From Planctomycetota bacterium (GTDB taxonomy: Bacteria; Planctomycetota; Planctomycetia; Pirellulales; Lacipirellulaceae): a DNA stretch of 60,359 nt. Every line of letters starts with the position of its first letter. Position 1 is the stretch's first letter. Location of the stretch: the NCBI GenBank assembly GCA_013151315.1, contig JAADIN010000265.1:1-60359 (forward strand). The letters run 5' to 3'. The position numbers and the translations under genes were made by a program. Below, piece by piece: positions 8,498-19,028 of this stretch. The notes under the pieces were generated by a model. That model searched no databases. It saw only the letters and a program-made list of their open reading frames with translations, and was not told the origin of the DNA.

Positions 8498-11400
8498 GTG
8501 TTGAATAGGTCAACCATAAAAACTGGTCGCTGCCTCGGATTGGCAGTCTTCGTGATTCTAACATCTGCAATTGCGGTGTTAGCTGAAGAGAGAGGCTCGC
8601 AGCAGACCTCTGCGCCTGCGGTCTCGACTCGTGCCGAGGTAGACGGTTTGTTGGCACAAGTAAGATCGAAGATGGCCGCAGGTCGATTGACCGACGCCGA
8701 CGCGATACTGCGCCGCGCTGAATCTGCCGAAGTTCGTTATCCCGTGCTTCACTTCGGTGACACCCCCGCCAAGGTGCGCCACGAATTGGAAGCCTTGTCA
8801 AGAAAGCAAGGCATCGAAATCGGTGGCTTGCCATTACGAAATCCCCTTGCAGCCCTATTGCCAAAAACGAAGCCAGCAACGGTCGACCCCTTTGCCGCTT
8901 CCGGTAAGCTAGCCACCCAGCTGGCTCCTGCCCCGGCTCCTCAACCGCGATCGCCCATAAATCTTGCCTTGCCCTCTCCGTTAGGTACCCCCTCGGACAC
9001 CAAACTCTCGCCTCGTGAGTCGAGCGATCGTGCCCTCCTTGCTGCCCGTCAGGCCCTTGCTGTTGGCGATGCCGTCCGAGCGAGACGTCTTCTGGAAAAC
9101 GCCAGACTACAGCGCGTGACTTACTTGCCAACCGAGGAATCGCCAGAACGAATCGCCCAGGCCCTTGCCGAAATCGAGCAGCTTTTTTCCAACGAAGATA
9201 ACAGCCCCAGTTGGCGACAAGGTTACGCCAAGTTTTTGGTGGCTCAAGCCAGTGCGCTGGTCGAGTGGGGCGACTTCGAGACGGCAGAACGCGCCGCTTT
9301 TGAAGCGGTTGCGTTAAAAGCCGAACTCGGACCCAACGACACGACGCCGGCTGAGGTGCTCGGCCAAATAGAGAAACTGCGAGCGGAAGCCGCGCCCTAC
9401 CCGATGGCGCGGAGCATTCCAATTCCAAGAATGATACCTGACGCGAACGTGCAACCTGCCTGGGCAGCTTTGGTGCCCGATGCCGTACCGGTTGATCTGA
9501 CACTCCCCGCCGCCAACACGAGCCAGCCCCTTTCGCCTCGCCTCGCCCAAGCCAATTCTCAGCCCTCTCCGCTGCCGGTCCCCACCGAATTGCTACCCGA
9601 GTCGAACGACCCTTATGCACTCCTCGAACAGGGCGAAAGAGCGTTGCGAGCGGGAGACCGCAATCGTGCGTTACGCCAATTCCGCCTTGCTTACCAGCAA
9701 CGCGACCAACTCGATCTAGCGAGTCAGCAGCAACTGCAGGGCCACTTGCAGATGCTCTCGACAAGTCGGGAAGGGACAAACCGAGGAGGAGCCAATCGAG
9801 CGGGCACCAACCCGCGACCGAGAGGCTCGTCGATGTTGGATTCCGCGACCAACGGGCAAACGGTCGTCGCTCGCCAACTTTCCTCGGAAATCGGTCGACG
9901 CCAATCCGAAGCGTCTCAACTGCGCACTAGCGATCCCCAAGCCGCACTCGATCTCTTGCAAGAGGCCAGCGCGCTCGTTGCCAAGTCGGAACTCGACGAA
10001 AGCATGAAAAGCCAGCTGTCCCGACGAGTCGAACTAAGCATCGCCGAAGTCGAGCAATACATTAGCGATCACAGCGCAGAATTGGAACTCGACGAGGCCA
10101 ATCGGGCCGTCTTGGACGACATCGAACGTCAGCGGATGGTCAAAGGACAAGTACGCGACAAAATTGCTGAACTCGTCGACCAGTACAACACCTTGCGCGA
10201 CGAGCAACGCTATGCCGAGATGGAAGTGGTCGCCAAGCGCTTGTACGATATGGCTCCCGACGAGCCGGTGGCAAAGCTGACTTGGGCCAACGCAAAATTC
10301 ATTCGCCGCACGATGCTCAATCGGGAAATTGCCGATATGTCGGAGGCAGGCGTCGATGGCATCTTTCGCGGAATTCGCGAAGACGCGGCCGAAGGTCTAG
10401 TCCACGGAGATTCGCCCATTAGCTACGGCTCGTGGGCCGATCTCGTCAACGGCCGACGCGGATCGAGCGACTCCAACTCTCGCATGTCGCCTCGTGAGCT
10501 AGAGATTCAACGCAAACTGCGCACGCCAGTGCTCCCTCGTTACGACGACATGCCCCTTTCCTTGGTAATCGAAGGGCTTTCGAATCTGACGGGCGTGAAT
10601 ATCCATCTCGACCCGCGCGGCTTGGGCCAAGAGGGAGTCCGAAGCGATACGCCGGTCACCTTGAACTTGGGCCAAGAGATTTCGCTTGAGAGTGTGCTGA
10701 ATTTGATTCTCGAGCCGCTCCATTTGACCTACATGATCAAAGACGAGGTGCTCAAGGTTACGAGCGAGCAAATACGTGACGGCGATGTGATTACGAAAAC
10801 TTACAATGTTGCGGATTTGGTCATCCCGATTCCCAACTTCGTCCCCAATACCAACATGGGACTGCAAGGGCTGATCAACGATGCTTACGAAACGATCGCT
10901 GGCTCCAGGCAGAACGGCGTCGGAATGCCTGGCCCGGTCTCGGTCGTCGCGGGCAACCAAAACGGTTCCCAGTTAGAAGGAAATACCTTTGCCCAGCAAG
11001 TCGGGACGCCGAACTCGGGCGGGTCAACCTCGCCGTTGGCGGGTGGTCCGGGCGGACTCGGCGGAGCGGCTTCTGCCGACTTCGACTCGCTGATCGACCT
11101 AATTGTTTCGACGGTCGAATTCGATAGCTGGATGGAAAACGGCACCGGCGAGGGCGAAATCCGACCCTTCCCAACCAACTTGAGCCTTGTGATCAGCCAA
11201 ACGCAAAGCATCCACGAGAAAGTTGCCGACCTTTTGGAACAACTGCGCCGCCTGCAAGATCTGCAGGTAACCATCGAAGTCCGGTTCATTCGCTTGACCG
11301 ACAGTTTCTTTGAACGGATCGGCATCGATTTCGATTTCAATATTCAAGGAGCCGACGGAAACTTCTTGACTGCGACCGCCGACTCGCTAACCAACTCGGG

Positions 11401-12268
11401 GTCGAGCGCCACGGTAGGCCTAAGGTCCGATGGGACGACCGGCGACGGTCTGACTGGTCTGGTCGGTTTACCAAACTTTACGGTCGATCTCGACATCCCC
11501 TTCCGCCAAGGCAGTTTTGGTTTGACGCGTCCTCAGTTTGGAACTCCTCAAGACATTGGCCAGTTCGGCTTTGCGATTTTAAGCGATATCGAGGCCTTCT
11601 TCCTTATCAACGCTTCGCAGGGCGATTCTCGTGCCAATATCCTCAACGCGCCGAAGGTTACGCTCTTCAACGGACAACAAGCAATCATTGTCGATACTTC
11701 GTTCACGCCGTTTGTTATCAGCGTGATCCCGGTGGTCGGCGAGTTTGCGGCCGCTCAGCAACCGGTGATCGTGGTTCTCTCCGAAGGCACGACGATGACC
11801 GTCCAGGCCGTCGTTTCCGACGATCGTCGGTATGTCCGGCTGACCATCGTGCCTTTCTTCAGCCAAATTGGCGAAGTGACTACTTTTACGTTTGAAGGTT
11901 CGGAAACCACTTCCGCCTCGAGCGATACTACCGACCAGGACGACGACGGCAACGACGAAACCAATAATGCGTCGAACAACGTCACCCGAAGCGGCACAAC
12001 CGTCCAGTTGCCCACCTTTGAGGTAATTTCGGTCGCGACCACGGTCAGCGTCCCTGATGGCGGAACCGTGCTGCTTGGTGGTATCAAACGATTGCGAGAA
12101 GGACGTAACGAATTTGGTGTGCCGCTGCTGGGCAAGGTTCCTTACATCGATCGACTTTTTCGTAACGTGGGCATCGGCCGCGAGACCGACAGTCTCATGA
12201 TGATGGTGACTCCTCACATCATCATTCAAGAGGAAGAAGAAGAGCGACTCGGCATCGTTCCGGAGTAG
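8498..12268 (+). CDS. Large planctomycete-type secretin (GspD/PilQ family)
   Basis: C-terminal secretin motifs QVTIEVRFI, APKVTLFNGQQA, TTVSVPDGGTVLLGG, GVPLLGKVPYIDRLF, MMVTPHII; signal peptide and long helical N-terminal extension. Confidence 0.9.
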   Translation: MLNRSTIKTGRCLGLAVFVILTSAIAVLAEERGSQQTSAPAVSTRAEVDGLLAQVRSKMAAGRLTDADAILRRAESAEVRYPVLHFGDTPAKVRHELEALSRKQGIEIGGLPLRNPLAALLPKTKPATVDPFAASGKLATQLAPAPAPQPRSPINLALPSPLGTPSDTKLSPRESSDRALLAARQALAVGDAVRARRLLENARLQRVTYLPTEESPERIAQALAEIEQLFSNEDNSPSWRQGYAKFLVAQASALVEWGDFETAERAAFEAVALKAELGPNDTTPAEVLGQIEKLRAEAAPYPMARSIPIPRMIPDANVQPAWAALVPDAVPVDLTLPAANTSQPLSPRLAQANSQPSPLPVPTELLPESNDPYALLEQGERALRAGDRNRALRQFRLAYQQRDQLDLASQQQLQGHLQMLSTSREGTNRGGANRAGTNPRPRGSSMLDSATNGQTVVARQLSSEIGRRQSEASQLRTSDPQAALDLLQEASALVAKSELDESMKSQLSRRVELSIAEVEQYISDHSAELELDEANRAVLDDIERQRMVKGQVRDKIAELVDQYNTLRDEQRYAEMEVVAKRLYDMAPDEPVAKLTWANAKFIRRTMLNREIADMSEAGVDGIFRGIREDAAEGLVHGDSPISYGSWADLVNGRRGSSDSNSRMSPRELEIQRKLRTPVLPRYDDMPLSLVIEGLSNLTGVNIHLDPRGLGQEGVRSDTPVTLNLGQEISLESVLNLILEPLHLTYMIKDEVLKVTSEQIRDGDVITKTYNVADLVIPIPNFVPNTNMGLQGLINDAYETIAGSRQNGVGMPGPVSVVAGNQNGSQLEGNTFAQQVGTPNSGGSTSPLAGGPGGLGGAASADFDSLIDLIVSTVEFDSWMENGTGEGEIRPFPTNLSLVISQTQSIHEKVADLLEQLRRLQDLQVTIEVRFIRLTDSFFERIGIDFDFNIQGADGNFLTATADSLTNSGSSATVGLRSDGTTGDGLTGLVGLPNFTVDLDIPFRQGSFGLTRPQFGTPQDIGQFGFAILSDIEAFFLINASQGDSRANILNAPKVTLFNGQQAIIVDTSFTPFVISVIPVVGEFAAAQQPVIVVLSEGTTMTVQAVVSDDRRYVRLTIVPFFSQIGEVTTFTFEGSETTSASSDTTDQDDDGNDETNNASNNVTRSGTTVQLPTFEVISVATTVSVPDGGTVLLGGIKRLREGRNEFGVPLLGKVPYIDRLFRNVGIGRETDSLMMMVTPHIIIQEEEEERLGIVPE

Positions 12269-12290
12269 CCGCCTGAGTGGGAGTCAAACT

Positions 12291-12704
12291 ATGAACGGTC
12301 GTTGGTTCCTTGTTGCCGCGGCGATACTCGCAGCCTCGGGAGTTGCATTGGGTGCCTACGCAGCCCACGGTCTTGCCGATCGGCTCGAGTCGCTTGGCTA
12401 CGTCGAAGATGCTTCCCAGCGAATCGCCTGGTTCGAGACGGGGGTTCGATATCAACTCTACCACGCCCTCGGGCTCATTCTGGTTACCCTCTTAGCTGCG
12501 AATGGATTCGGCACTTTTCGTTTTGCCTCCCTGGCTTTTTTGGCTGGCGTAGTCCTGTTTAGCGGTTCGCTTTATGCAATGTCTTTTGCTCCCGACCAGT
12601 GGAAAAAGCTCGGTGCGATCGTCCCGCTAGGTGGCCTCTCGTTTATCCTAGGGTGGATTGCTATTGCCTACGCAGCTTGGAATACATCGGAGAACCAAAA
12701 CTAA
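12291..12704 (+). CDS. DUF423 family membrane protein
   Basis: GVALGAYAAH, YQLYHAL, LFSGSLY, GAIVPLGG motifs. Confidence 0.9.
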   Translation: MNGRWFLVAAAILAASGVALGAYAAHGLADRLESLGYVEDASQRIAWFETGVRYQLYHALGLILVTLLAANGFGTFRFASLAFLAGVVLFSGSLYAMSFAPDQWKKLGAIVPLGGLSFILGWIAIAYAAWNTSENQN

Positions 12705-12720
12705 TGCCTTTATCATGATC

Positions 12721-12753
12721 AAAAAGCCCAGGGATTTACTCCCTGGGCTTTTT
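12721..12753. terminator. Bidirectional intrinsic terminator
   Basis: AAAAAGCCCAGGGA-tttac-TCCCTGGGCTTTTT between convergent genes. Confidence 0.9.
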
Positions 12754-12768
12754 GTGATTCACACTCGA

Positions 12769-13347
12769 CTATGCCGGCTGCAAGTACTCAATCTCCTTAG
12801 CCAGCCGTTTTCTCGCGACATGCAGCCGCCGCTTGATCGTACCCACCGGTGCCTCAAAGTCGTCGCTCATCTCCAGCAGCGAACGGCCGTTGAAGTAAAA
12901 CGCCATCAACGTGCTACGATCCAAGCTCGCCAATCGGTCCAGCCCTTCGTGCAACTGAGATTTCCGCTCCTTGGCCAACAGCGATTCCAAAGGCGCTGGG
13001 TGGCGGGCATCGGCACGATCGATCGTGTGTGGCTCGACCGCAATCGTCGGCGGTCGACGGGTGCACCGGTTGATCGATTGCCTTGAGGCAATCGATCGTA
13101 ACCATCCTGGAAACGCTTTTGGCTCTTGCAATTGATAGAGCTTTTCGAAAGCCTTGATTAAGACTTCTTGCGTCACTTCCTGCGCCTCGGCATGATCGCG
13201 CAATCGCTGCCAGCAAACGAGATACACCATCCGTTCGAAGCGGCTAGCTAGTTCGCCAAAGGCTTTGTTCTCGCCCTGTTGGGCAGCGGCGACAAGCTCC
13301 TCGTTTGGAGCGTCTAAGTAGTTGGAACTCGATAAAATAGCAGGCAT
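12769..13347 (-). CDS. ECF RNA polymerase sigma-70 factor
   Basis: Region 2 AEAQEVTQEVLIKAF...FPGWLRSIA; region 4 SLLEMS...PVGTIKRRLHVARKRL. Start at ATG 13347 is inferred. Confidence 0.9.
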   Translation of the reverse strand: MPAILSSSNYLDAPNEELVAAAQQGENKAFGELASRFERMVYLVCWQRLRDHAEAQEVTQEVLIKAFEKLYQLQEPKAFPGWLRSIASRQSINRCTRRPPTIAVEPHTIDRADARHPAPLESLLAKERKSQLHEGLDRLASLDRSTLMAFYFNGRSLLEMSDDFEAPVGTIKRRLHVARKRLAKEIEYLQPA

Positions 13348-13505
13348 GATTTTCTCGAAAGATAGGCCGAACGGGCGGATGCCCCAATTCGACAGCAGCA
13401 AAATAACAAGGCGAGCGATGCGATTTGCGCAAAGAAAGGGGCGCAAGCGACGGGCAAAAACCGTGCTAAAAAGGGGAGGCGTTGTTAGGACCTAGAATCC
13501 CGTTT

Positions 13506-13709
13506 TCAGACGGAGGCGCGATGGCACGTAATAACGTGCCGACGCGTCGTCTGCTTTACCGTGGCAAAGCAGAGGGCCGGCTTCTTGCCGCACATCACAG
13601 CAAACGCATCGAGAAAATTGGCGCAGAGGGATCGCATAACTTCACCACGGACAATCAGCTGGATGCCTTGACGGACAATCGTGCTAAGAGTGGTCTGAAG
13701 ATTACGCAT
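13506..13709 (-). CDS. Putative 67-aa small protein or leader peptide upstream of the ECF sigma
   Basis: ATG preceded by GAGGGT; co-oriented with the ECF gene; no recognised domain. Confidence 0.4.
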   Translation of the reverse strand: MRNLQTTLSTIVRQGIQLIVRGEVMRSLCANFLDAFAVMCGKKPALCFATVKQTTRRHVITCHRASV

Positions 13710-14002
13710 GGTACCCTCGCTGCGCTTCGCGCTGCCAAAGAGAAAAAAACCTGTCAAAAAAATACCGCGACAAAAAACGACGCGATCCAGCACTTCCAGT
13801 CTCCCAGCCACTTAGCTTCCGGTCAAGCGAAAACTGACCATCATGGCAGGCTGGGATCGCAAGTAACGCCCCCATGACCCTGATATCGACGGATAGGTTC
13901 GCACAAATTGCCAAAACATAGACATTCCTCGCCAATCTCGACCGCATGGAGGGGGGGGGCAGCCGAAGCCTGCGGAAGGTAAATTTCCGCCTGCTGATTG
14001 CC

Positions 14003-15223
14003 TTATCGAGTCGCCTGCTCGGAGCTAGCGGATTTTTCTTCAATGCCCGAAGACTTCGTGTAGCTTTCAGGATCGTCCTTGAAGGCGAGCCGCTGTTCTG
14101 CTCCCGCGAACAAGAATAGCTGGCCTTGGTAGGTGACGGAGTGAAATATACTGCCGGGAACCTGCATGTTAGATTTCACGAGCGAAACAATGCAATCGCC
14201 TGCCAAGGCGGGTAGGTAGACGGTAGGGTTCTTGGTGAAGAGGGCCTTCTCGGTTTCTCCCGCGAACTGATAAACCTTGCCATCATAACTCATTTGGAGT
14301 CGAGAATCGCCTTCCTCCCAGGTGCCGTTGTCTCGAATTGAAACCGGGCAATAACCGGCCAGAGCAACTTTTGCGCCTGCGAGCCTACGCCCTGGGCTAG
14401 CGACGGTTTCTTTTCCTCCCTTACTGGAACTGCCTGCAGACATTTTCTTATCGCGAATTTTTGCCGACGTCATTTCCTGGCTGCTGGCCAGATCGTTTGA
14501 GGCAACGACTATTTCGGCACCATAACGTTCTAGGTCTGCGAGAAACTGCGTCTGCTGCTGAGTACCCAAAAAGAGGTAGCGCAGACCTCCAACTGTGACG
14601 ACGGTTTCGGGCAAACCTTGGACCCTCTGTTGTCGGTCGATTTTGCTAACAACACAGTTGCCTTGGTGAGCAAGATCAGCATCAACAAAACGCATGGGAT
14701 TTTCCCGAAACCGTTCTCGTTGCTCGGATCCGGCAAAGAAAAAGAGGCGCTGCCCGTGCTGCAAGCCGTAGTGGAGATCACCGACAGCCCGGTCGCCCGT
14801 CTCGGCAAAGGTCACGAGGCAATCGCCGCCCAAAGCTGGCGCGTAGCGCTGCGGGGCAGCAGCGAAAATTGCGCGCTGGCGAGCGTCGGAAAACCGATAC
14901 AGTTGCCCATCGAATAGCGCCTGGTGCTCGTCCTTGCCGGCAACCCATTGTTGATGATCGCGGAGGTCAATCGCCGAGAAGCCGAGGAGAGCCAGTGGGT
15001 AACGAGCTTTCTGACTTGTTGCCGGCAGAAACGGACTGGCCTCGACCAGATTGGGCTCGGCATAAATGCGAAGTCCCCCGGCTGGAGGATTCTCCGATCG
15101 TCGCATCGGTGCGGAACGTCGCCCACTTTCAGCGTATGCTGAGGTCGAAGGGGCCCAGGAATTCGCGCAGGCGAGCATCGAGGCTAGCCAAAAAAATCGG
15201 TGCCAATGCGATGAAGGGACCAT
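14003..15223 (-). CDS. Exported protein with multiple YHS-like repeats
   Basis: Repeated G-x(5)-(F/Y)DG-x-Y-x-F...F-x3-P-x2-Y units, e.g. ALAGYCPVS...YDGKVYQFAG...FTKNPTVYLP; signal-like N-terminus. Confidence 0.8.
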   Translation of the reverse strand: MVPSSHWHRFFWLASMLACANSWAPSTSAYAESGRRSAPMRRSENPPAGGLRIYAEPNLVEASPFLPATSQKARYPLALLGFSAIDLRDHQQWVAGKDEHQALFDGQLYRFSDARQRAIFAAAPQRYAPALGGDCLVTFAETGDRAVGDLHYGLQHGQRLFFFAGSEQRERFRENPMRFVDADLAHQGNCVVSKIDRQQRVQGLPETVVTVGGLRYLFLGTQQQTQFLADLERYGAEIVVASNDLASSQEMTSAKIRDKKMSAGSSSKGGKETVASPGRRLAGAKVALAGYCPVSIRDNGTWEEGDSRLQMSYDGKVYQFAGETEKALFTKNPTVYLPALAGDCIVSLVKSNMQVPGSIFHSVTYQGQLFLFAGAEQRLAFKDDPESYTKSSGIEEKSASSEQATR

Positions 15224-15614
15224 AGTGCAAGACGGTGCTTCGAGGATGCTAGGAGTCCAGGAAAGAATAGCGACTCCGCCTTGTAGCGCCGACAGCGATG
15301 GCTCGGATGAAAACGGGACTGCTAGCACAAGGAGGCTGAGAAAAGAGCCCGAAGAGACCTCGCTAGATAAAGATGTGCGGCCGGCGGCACAGCCACATGG
15401 CTATGCGGACCATGGACTGGGTTGGGGTTTGGGGGTCACCGCCAGCCACACAATCTAGATTTGGTTTGCCGATGCGTAGCAGTGTCTCACGTCGTAATGT
15501 CATGGTAGGCCGAAGCCAGGGTGCCCGTCTGTGAGATGCTTCACATAGCCAGAATTAGGCAAGTCTCAGCTCTTAACCAAGCTGCGAGGCAAGGACTTTG
15601 ACACCGCTTAATTT

Positions 15615-15694
15615 GTGAGCCGCAAGGCGCTAGCCTCGGGTTGCGAAGCGTAGCAGTATGCCCCCAGACCCGACGCTAGCGCGTTGCGGCTCAC
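15615..15694. repeat. GTGAG...CTCAC palindromic element (REPIN/MITE-like)
   Basis: GTGAGCCGCAAGGCGCTAGCCTCGGG...CCCGACGCTAGCGCGTTGCGGCTCAC. Confidence 0.88.
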
Positions 15695-15710
15695 ATCCAT
15701 AACCCCATTT

Positions 15711-17399
15711 TTAGACATGACCAAGCACTAGTTTCCTCCGGTGAGCCAAATGCCACTCCATCCCGAGGGCAAGCAGACAGGGGGCGAACTCCACCCAGGG
15801 CACGATGAAGAAAAAAAAGAATTCTCCGTTGTAGCTCGTGCCTAGCAGGGGAGGCTCTGGATAGTGGGCTGTGAGCCAAAACCGCAGGTAATACAACAAC
15901 GAGCAGGCCCCCACAACATGCCAAGTGCCGTAGCGAGCGAAAGGCAACAGGGGAACCACCCAACACCAATACCACGGGTTCTGCGTGGGACAAGTGAACC
16001 AGAACCAAGCGAGCGTGAGCATCGCAGCTCGGCACCACTCTTGGGGGTCTTGCTCTCCGGCTGCTCGCCAAGCAAGCCAGCAGGCAAGGAGGCCGAAGAC
16101 TCCGCCGGTGAGGGCTCGGGCGAGCAAAAACGACCAATCTGCCACGCCTTGCGACCACACATCGGGAACAAAAACAAACCATGGCCTTGCATGGGGATCG
16201 ACATCTGCCTGCGGGCGAAGATTTTCCAGCACCACCATGAAAATCAGATCATTCATCTCCCAGCGTTTGAAGAACTCTTTCAAGCCGGCGTTTGGGCTCG
16301 CAGTGTTTGGTGCCGGTTGGTTGGGCACAGGAAGATTCGGAACCGCCGAAATCTGGGGCGCCACTTGAACGTCGGATTGCTGACTCCTATTCGAGAGAAT
16401 CAAAGGGGTGAGGGTTCCCAAAGTAACGATCGCCGTCGCCGTCAGCCCGGCAGCCGTTGTAGATCCACCGCATCGCCGCCACCAAAGGGCAGTGAACCAC
16501 GGCAAAAGAATCACCGGATAGAGCTTGGCCCCGATCGCGAGTCCGAGAACTGACCCCGTGAGCGCAGGGCTCGATAGGGGCCTTGCTGTGCCTCGCCGTT
16601 CGACGGCAAGGCAGCCTCTCACCAGAAGCCAAATGGCGAGGCTCGTAAAAAAAATAGCAATCGAGTCAAGGTGTCCTCCGTTGGCAATCTCCTTAAGAAT
16701 CAGAGGGCACCATCCGTAAGCAAGACTCCATCCGAGATGAAGGCCCGTCTCTTGAAGCAAAGCGATGACTACGAACAGAGTAGCCATGTCAAACAGCAGC
16801 AGCACCAGCTTCATGATCACCATACGGGCGTGATTCGACGCCCCCTTGGGCGTGGCTTGGGCCGACAGGGCGAAAACGGCCTGGCTTACCAAGGGATAAG
16901 GCGTCGCCAAGCTGCCGTAGTGAATCCGCCCAAGGCTGTAGGCGAGTGAATCGCTGCGCGACTGCAACTCGATTAGTCGGCGGAGATCTTCGTCCGAATC
17001 ATCAGCCAACGCATAGGAGGCATCAAGCACCTGCTGGGGCGGATAACGATAGGGGCTAATCCCTTCGGCAAAGACGGCCCCGTCCCAAATGTAACGATAG
17101 ATGTCAATCTCGTGCATCGGAACCGACGGCAACAGGATCAAGCGAAACAAACAGGCTCCGCCAATGATTCCCGCAAGCAGATGCCTACTTGGAGACGATC
17201 GGACGGCTAATGCCAAGGCTCCCCAGTAGCAAAGAAATTCCAACCCAAAAAGAAACAGCATCCACAGCGTGGGCCTATCGCTGTTTGGCACGTCCTCAGT
17301 AAATTGCCAACTTAACCAGGTAAGCAAGACATAGCCGACCGCGCTGACAGCTCCCAGCCAACGAAATGCAGAATTCGGAATGCGGATAGCGGAATGCAC
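15711..17399 (-). CDS. Polytopic membrane glycosyltransferase (GT-C fold, GT87/DUF2029-like)
   Basis: DIYRYIWDG...SPYRYPP, NGGHLDS, AKLYP, NPWYWCW motifs and many TM segments. Start uncertain because the N-terminus lies in a heptamer repeat. Confidence 0.8.
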   Translation of the reverse strand: MHSAIRIPNSAFRWLGAVSAVGYVLLTWLSWQFTEDVPNSDRPTLWMLFLFGLEFLCYWGALALAVRSSPSRHLLAGIIGGACLFRLILLPSVPMHEIDIYRYIWDGAVFAEGISPYRYPPQQVLDASYALADDSDEDLRRLIELQSRSDSLAYSLGRIHYGSLATPYPLVSQAVFALSAQATPKGASNHARMVIMKLVLLLFDMATLFVVIALLQETGLHLGWSLAYGWCPLILKEIANGGHLDSIAIFFTSLAIWLLVRGCLAVERRGTARPLSSPALTGSVLGLAIGAKLYPVILLPWFTALWWRRCGGSTTAAGLTATAIVTLGTLTPLILSNRSQQSDVQVAPQISAVPNLPVPNQPAPNTASPNAGLKEFFKRWEMNDLIFMVVLENLRPQADVDPHARPWFVFVPDVWSQGVADWSFLLARALTGGVFGLLACWLAWRAAGEQDPQEWCRAAMLTLAWFWFTCPTQNPWYWCWVVPLLPFARYGTWHVVGACSLLYYLRFWLTAHYPEPPLLGTSYNGEFFFFFIVPWVEFAPCLLALGMEWHLAHRRKLVLGHV

Positions 17400-17402
17400 G
17401 GC

Positions 17403-18170
17403 TCAAGCCCCTGGCTCTGGACTCTTGCCTCTGGACTCAGAACTCAGGCCATATTTGGCAATGGTGTAGAGGATCTTTGAACCTGCCAAAATCGTACCGC
17501 GCACCGTTCCGCTAATTTTGCTCGTCCCAACGCGCCTCCGGTAGCGGACGGGTACCTCAAGAGTACGTAGCCTTGCCTTGGTAGCCTTGATTTGCATCTC
17601 GATCGTCCAACCGAAATTGGTATCCGACATTTCTAGCCGGCAGAGCTCTACGTAACTGATCGCACGAAACGGCCCCAAGTCGGTGTAGTGGGCTCCAAAA
17701 AACAGACGCATGAGCCAGCAAGCCAGCCGATTGCCATAGAGACTCTGCGGCGGCATCGCCCCAGGCTCGCGCTCGCCTACGATTCTCGAACCCAAAACAA
17801 ACTCAGCCCGACCTTCAAAAATTGGTGCTACGAGTTCGGGAAGTTGCTCTGGATGATCACTGTAGTCGGCATCAAGAAACACGATCACCCGAGGTGCCGG
17901 CTTGCCGCGACCAATCCGTCGTTCTACTTCCGCGAGTCCTGCCAGACAGGCCGATCCATAGCCTCTCTGAGGCTGATCGACTACGATCGCTCCGGCTTCC
18001 AACGCGACCTCAGCCGTACGATCGGTCGATCCATTGTCAGCAACAATCACGCTTCCCACCTGCGGCAAATCCCGCAACACCAAGGGCAACGCATCTTGCT
18101 CGTTCAGGGCAGGAATCACGACCGTAACTTCAGCGAATTCGGAACGATCTTGATGGTTTTTGCTCCGCAT
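17403..18170 (-). CDS. Glycosyltransferase family 2 (polyprenol-phosphate sugar synthase-like)
   Basis: VIPALNE, ADNGSTD, RGYGSAC, FLDADYSD, TDLGPFRAI. Confidence 0.92.
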   Translation of the reverse strand: MRSKNHQDRSEFAEVTVVIPALNEQDALPLVLRDLPQVGSVIVADNGSTDRTAEVALEAGAIVVDQPQRGYGSACLAGLAEVERRIGRGKPAPRVIVFLDADYSDHPEQLPELVAPIFEGRAEFVLGSRIVGEREPGAMPPQSLYGNRLACWLMRLFFGAHYTDLGPFRAISYVELCRLEMSDTNFGWTIEMQIKATKARLRTLEVPVRYRRRVGTSKISGTVRGTILAGSKILYTIAKYGLSSESRGKSPEPGA

Positions 18171-18191
18171 TCCGCAATCCGAATTCCGTAT

Positions 18192-19028
18192 TTACTTTTG
18201 CGATTGGTCGTTGAGTTTCCAGTCGTAGGATAAATAACTTACGGTCGCTTGGCCGCTACTAGCCAACGTTTGGGCTGCTTGATCGGGCAGGTAAGGCGCG
18301 ATCGTGCGGAGTTGGGCCGCTCGATTCGCACCAAAGTCCTCCGCAAACCATTTGAGAATTGGCGAAACTTCGACACGCTGCTTGGCAACATCGTAACGAA
18401 ATTTTTCTCGATCGGCAAAGAAGCGTTTGGTGTTGGATGTAAGTTGGCTTTCGAGGTTCTCAGCCGAGTAAGCTTCGTTGAGAAGCGGGGGACAACCGAT
18501 CGAGGCACAGACGATCGCGAAATGGATGCGCGGCTCGTTCATCTTCCGCAACACTTCGTGTTCCATCTGGTTAAGCGAATAGGTCCGATTGCCTACGTGT
18601 AAAAGCAAATCATCCCAGATATTGTAGCCGAAGAGCTTGGCCGTGTGGTTGCGGATACTGGTGGTCGGATACTCTCGCAGAATCCCTTGGATCGTCACCC
18701 CATTGTAGGCGTTGATCCAAAAAGCTAGCTTCGCCGTCGATGCCGCCGGTCGAAGAGGATTGCCTCGCGAAAGGTGGGACAAGTAGTGGTCGAGAGACTG
18801 CCGATCTTGCTTCGACTGGTGCCAAGCCTGATAGTTGACATACCCCCGGGAATCGCAGTACTTGCCCAGGAGGAGGTCCCAAGCAGCGTGATCAATCTGA
18901 TCGAGGGAAACCTGCTGCGCGGCAGGCACCGAGATTCCCACCGTTGCAGCACCTCCTGCCCAGCCGATCGAGCAAGGAAGTGAACCCGAGACGACCATTG
19001 CGAGCATCAAAAAATATCGACTCATCAT
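18192..19028 (-). CDS. DUF547 domain exported protein
   Basis: LAFWINAYN, EPRIHFAIVCASIGCPPL, WFAEDF, YDWKLN. Confidence 0.9.
   Translation of the reverse strand: MMSRYFLMLAMVVSGSLPCSIGWAGGAATVGISVPAAQQVSLDQIDHAAWDLLLGKYCDSRGYVNYQAWHQSKQDRQSLDHYLSHLSRGNPLRPAASTAKLAFWINAYNGVTIQGILREYPTTSIRNHTAKLFGYNIWDDLLLHVGNRTYSLNQMEHEVLRKMNEPRIHFAIVCASIGCPPLLNEAYSAENLESQLTSNTKRFFADREKFRYDVAKQRVEVSPILKWFAEDFGANRAAQLRTIAPYLPDQAAQTLASSGQATVSYLSYDWKLNDQSQK

Noticed and set aside
8376-9779. 467-aa minus-strand ORF
   Set aside because: Antisense shadow of the secretin; Arg/Pro-rich with no motifs.
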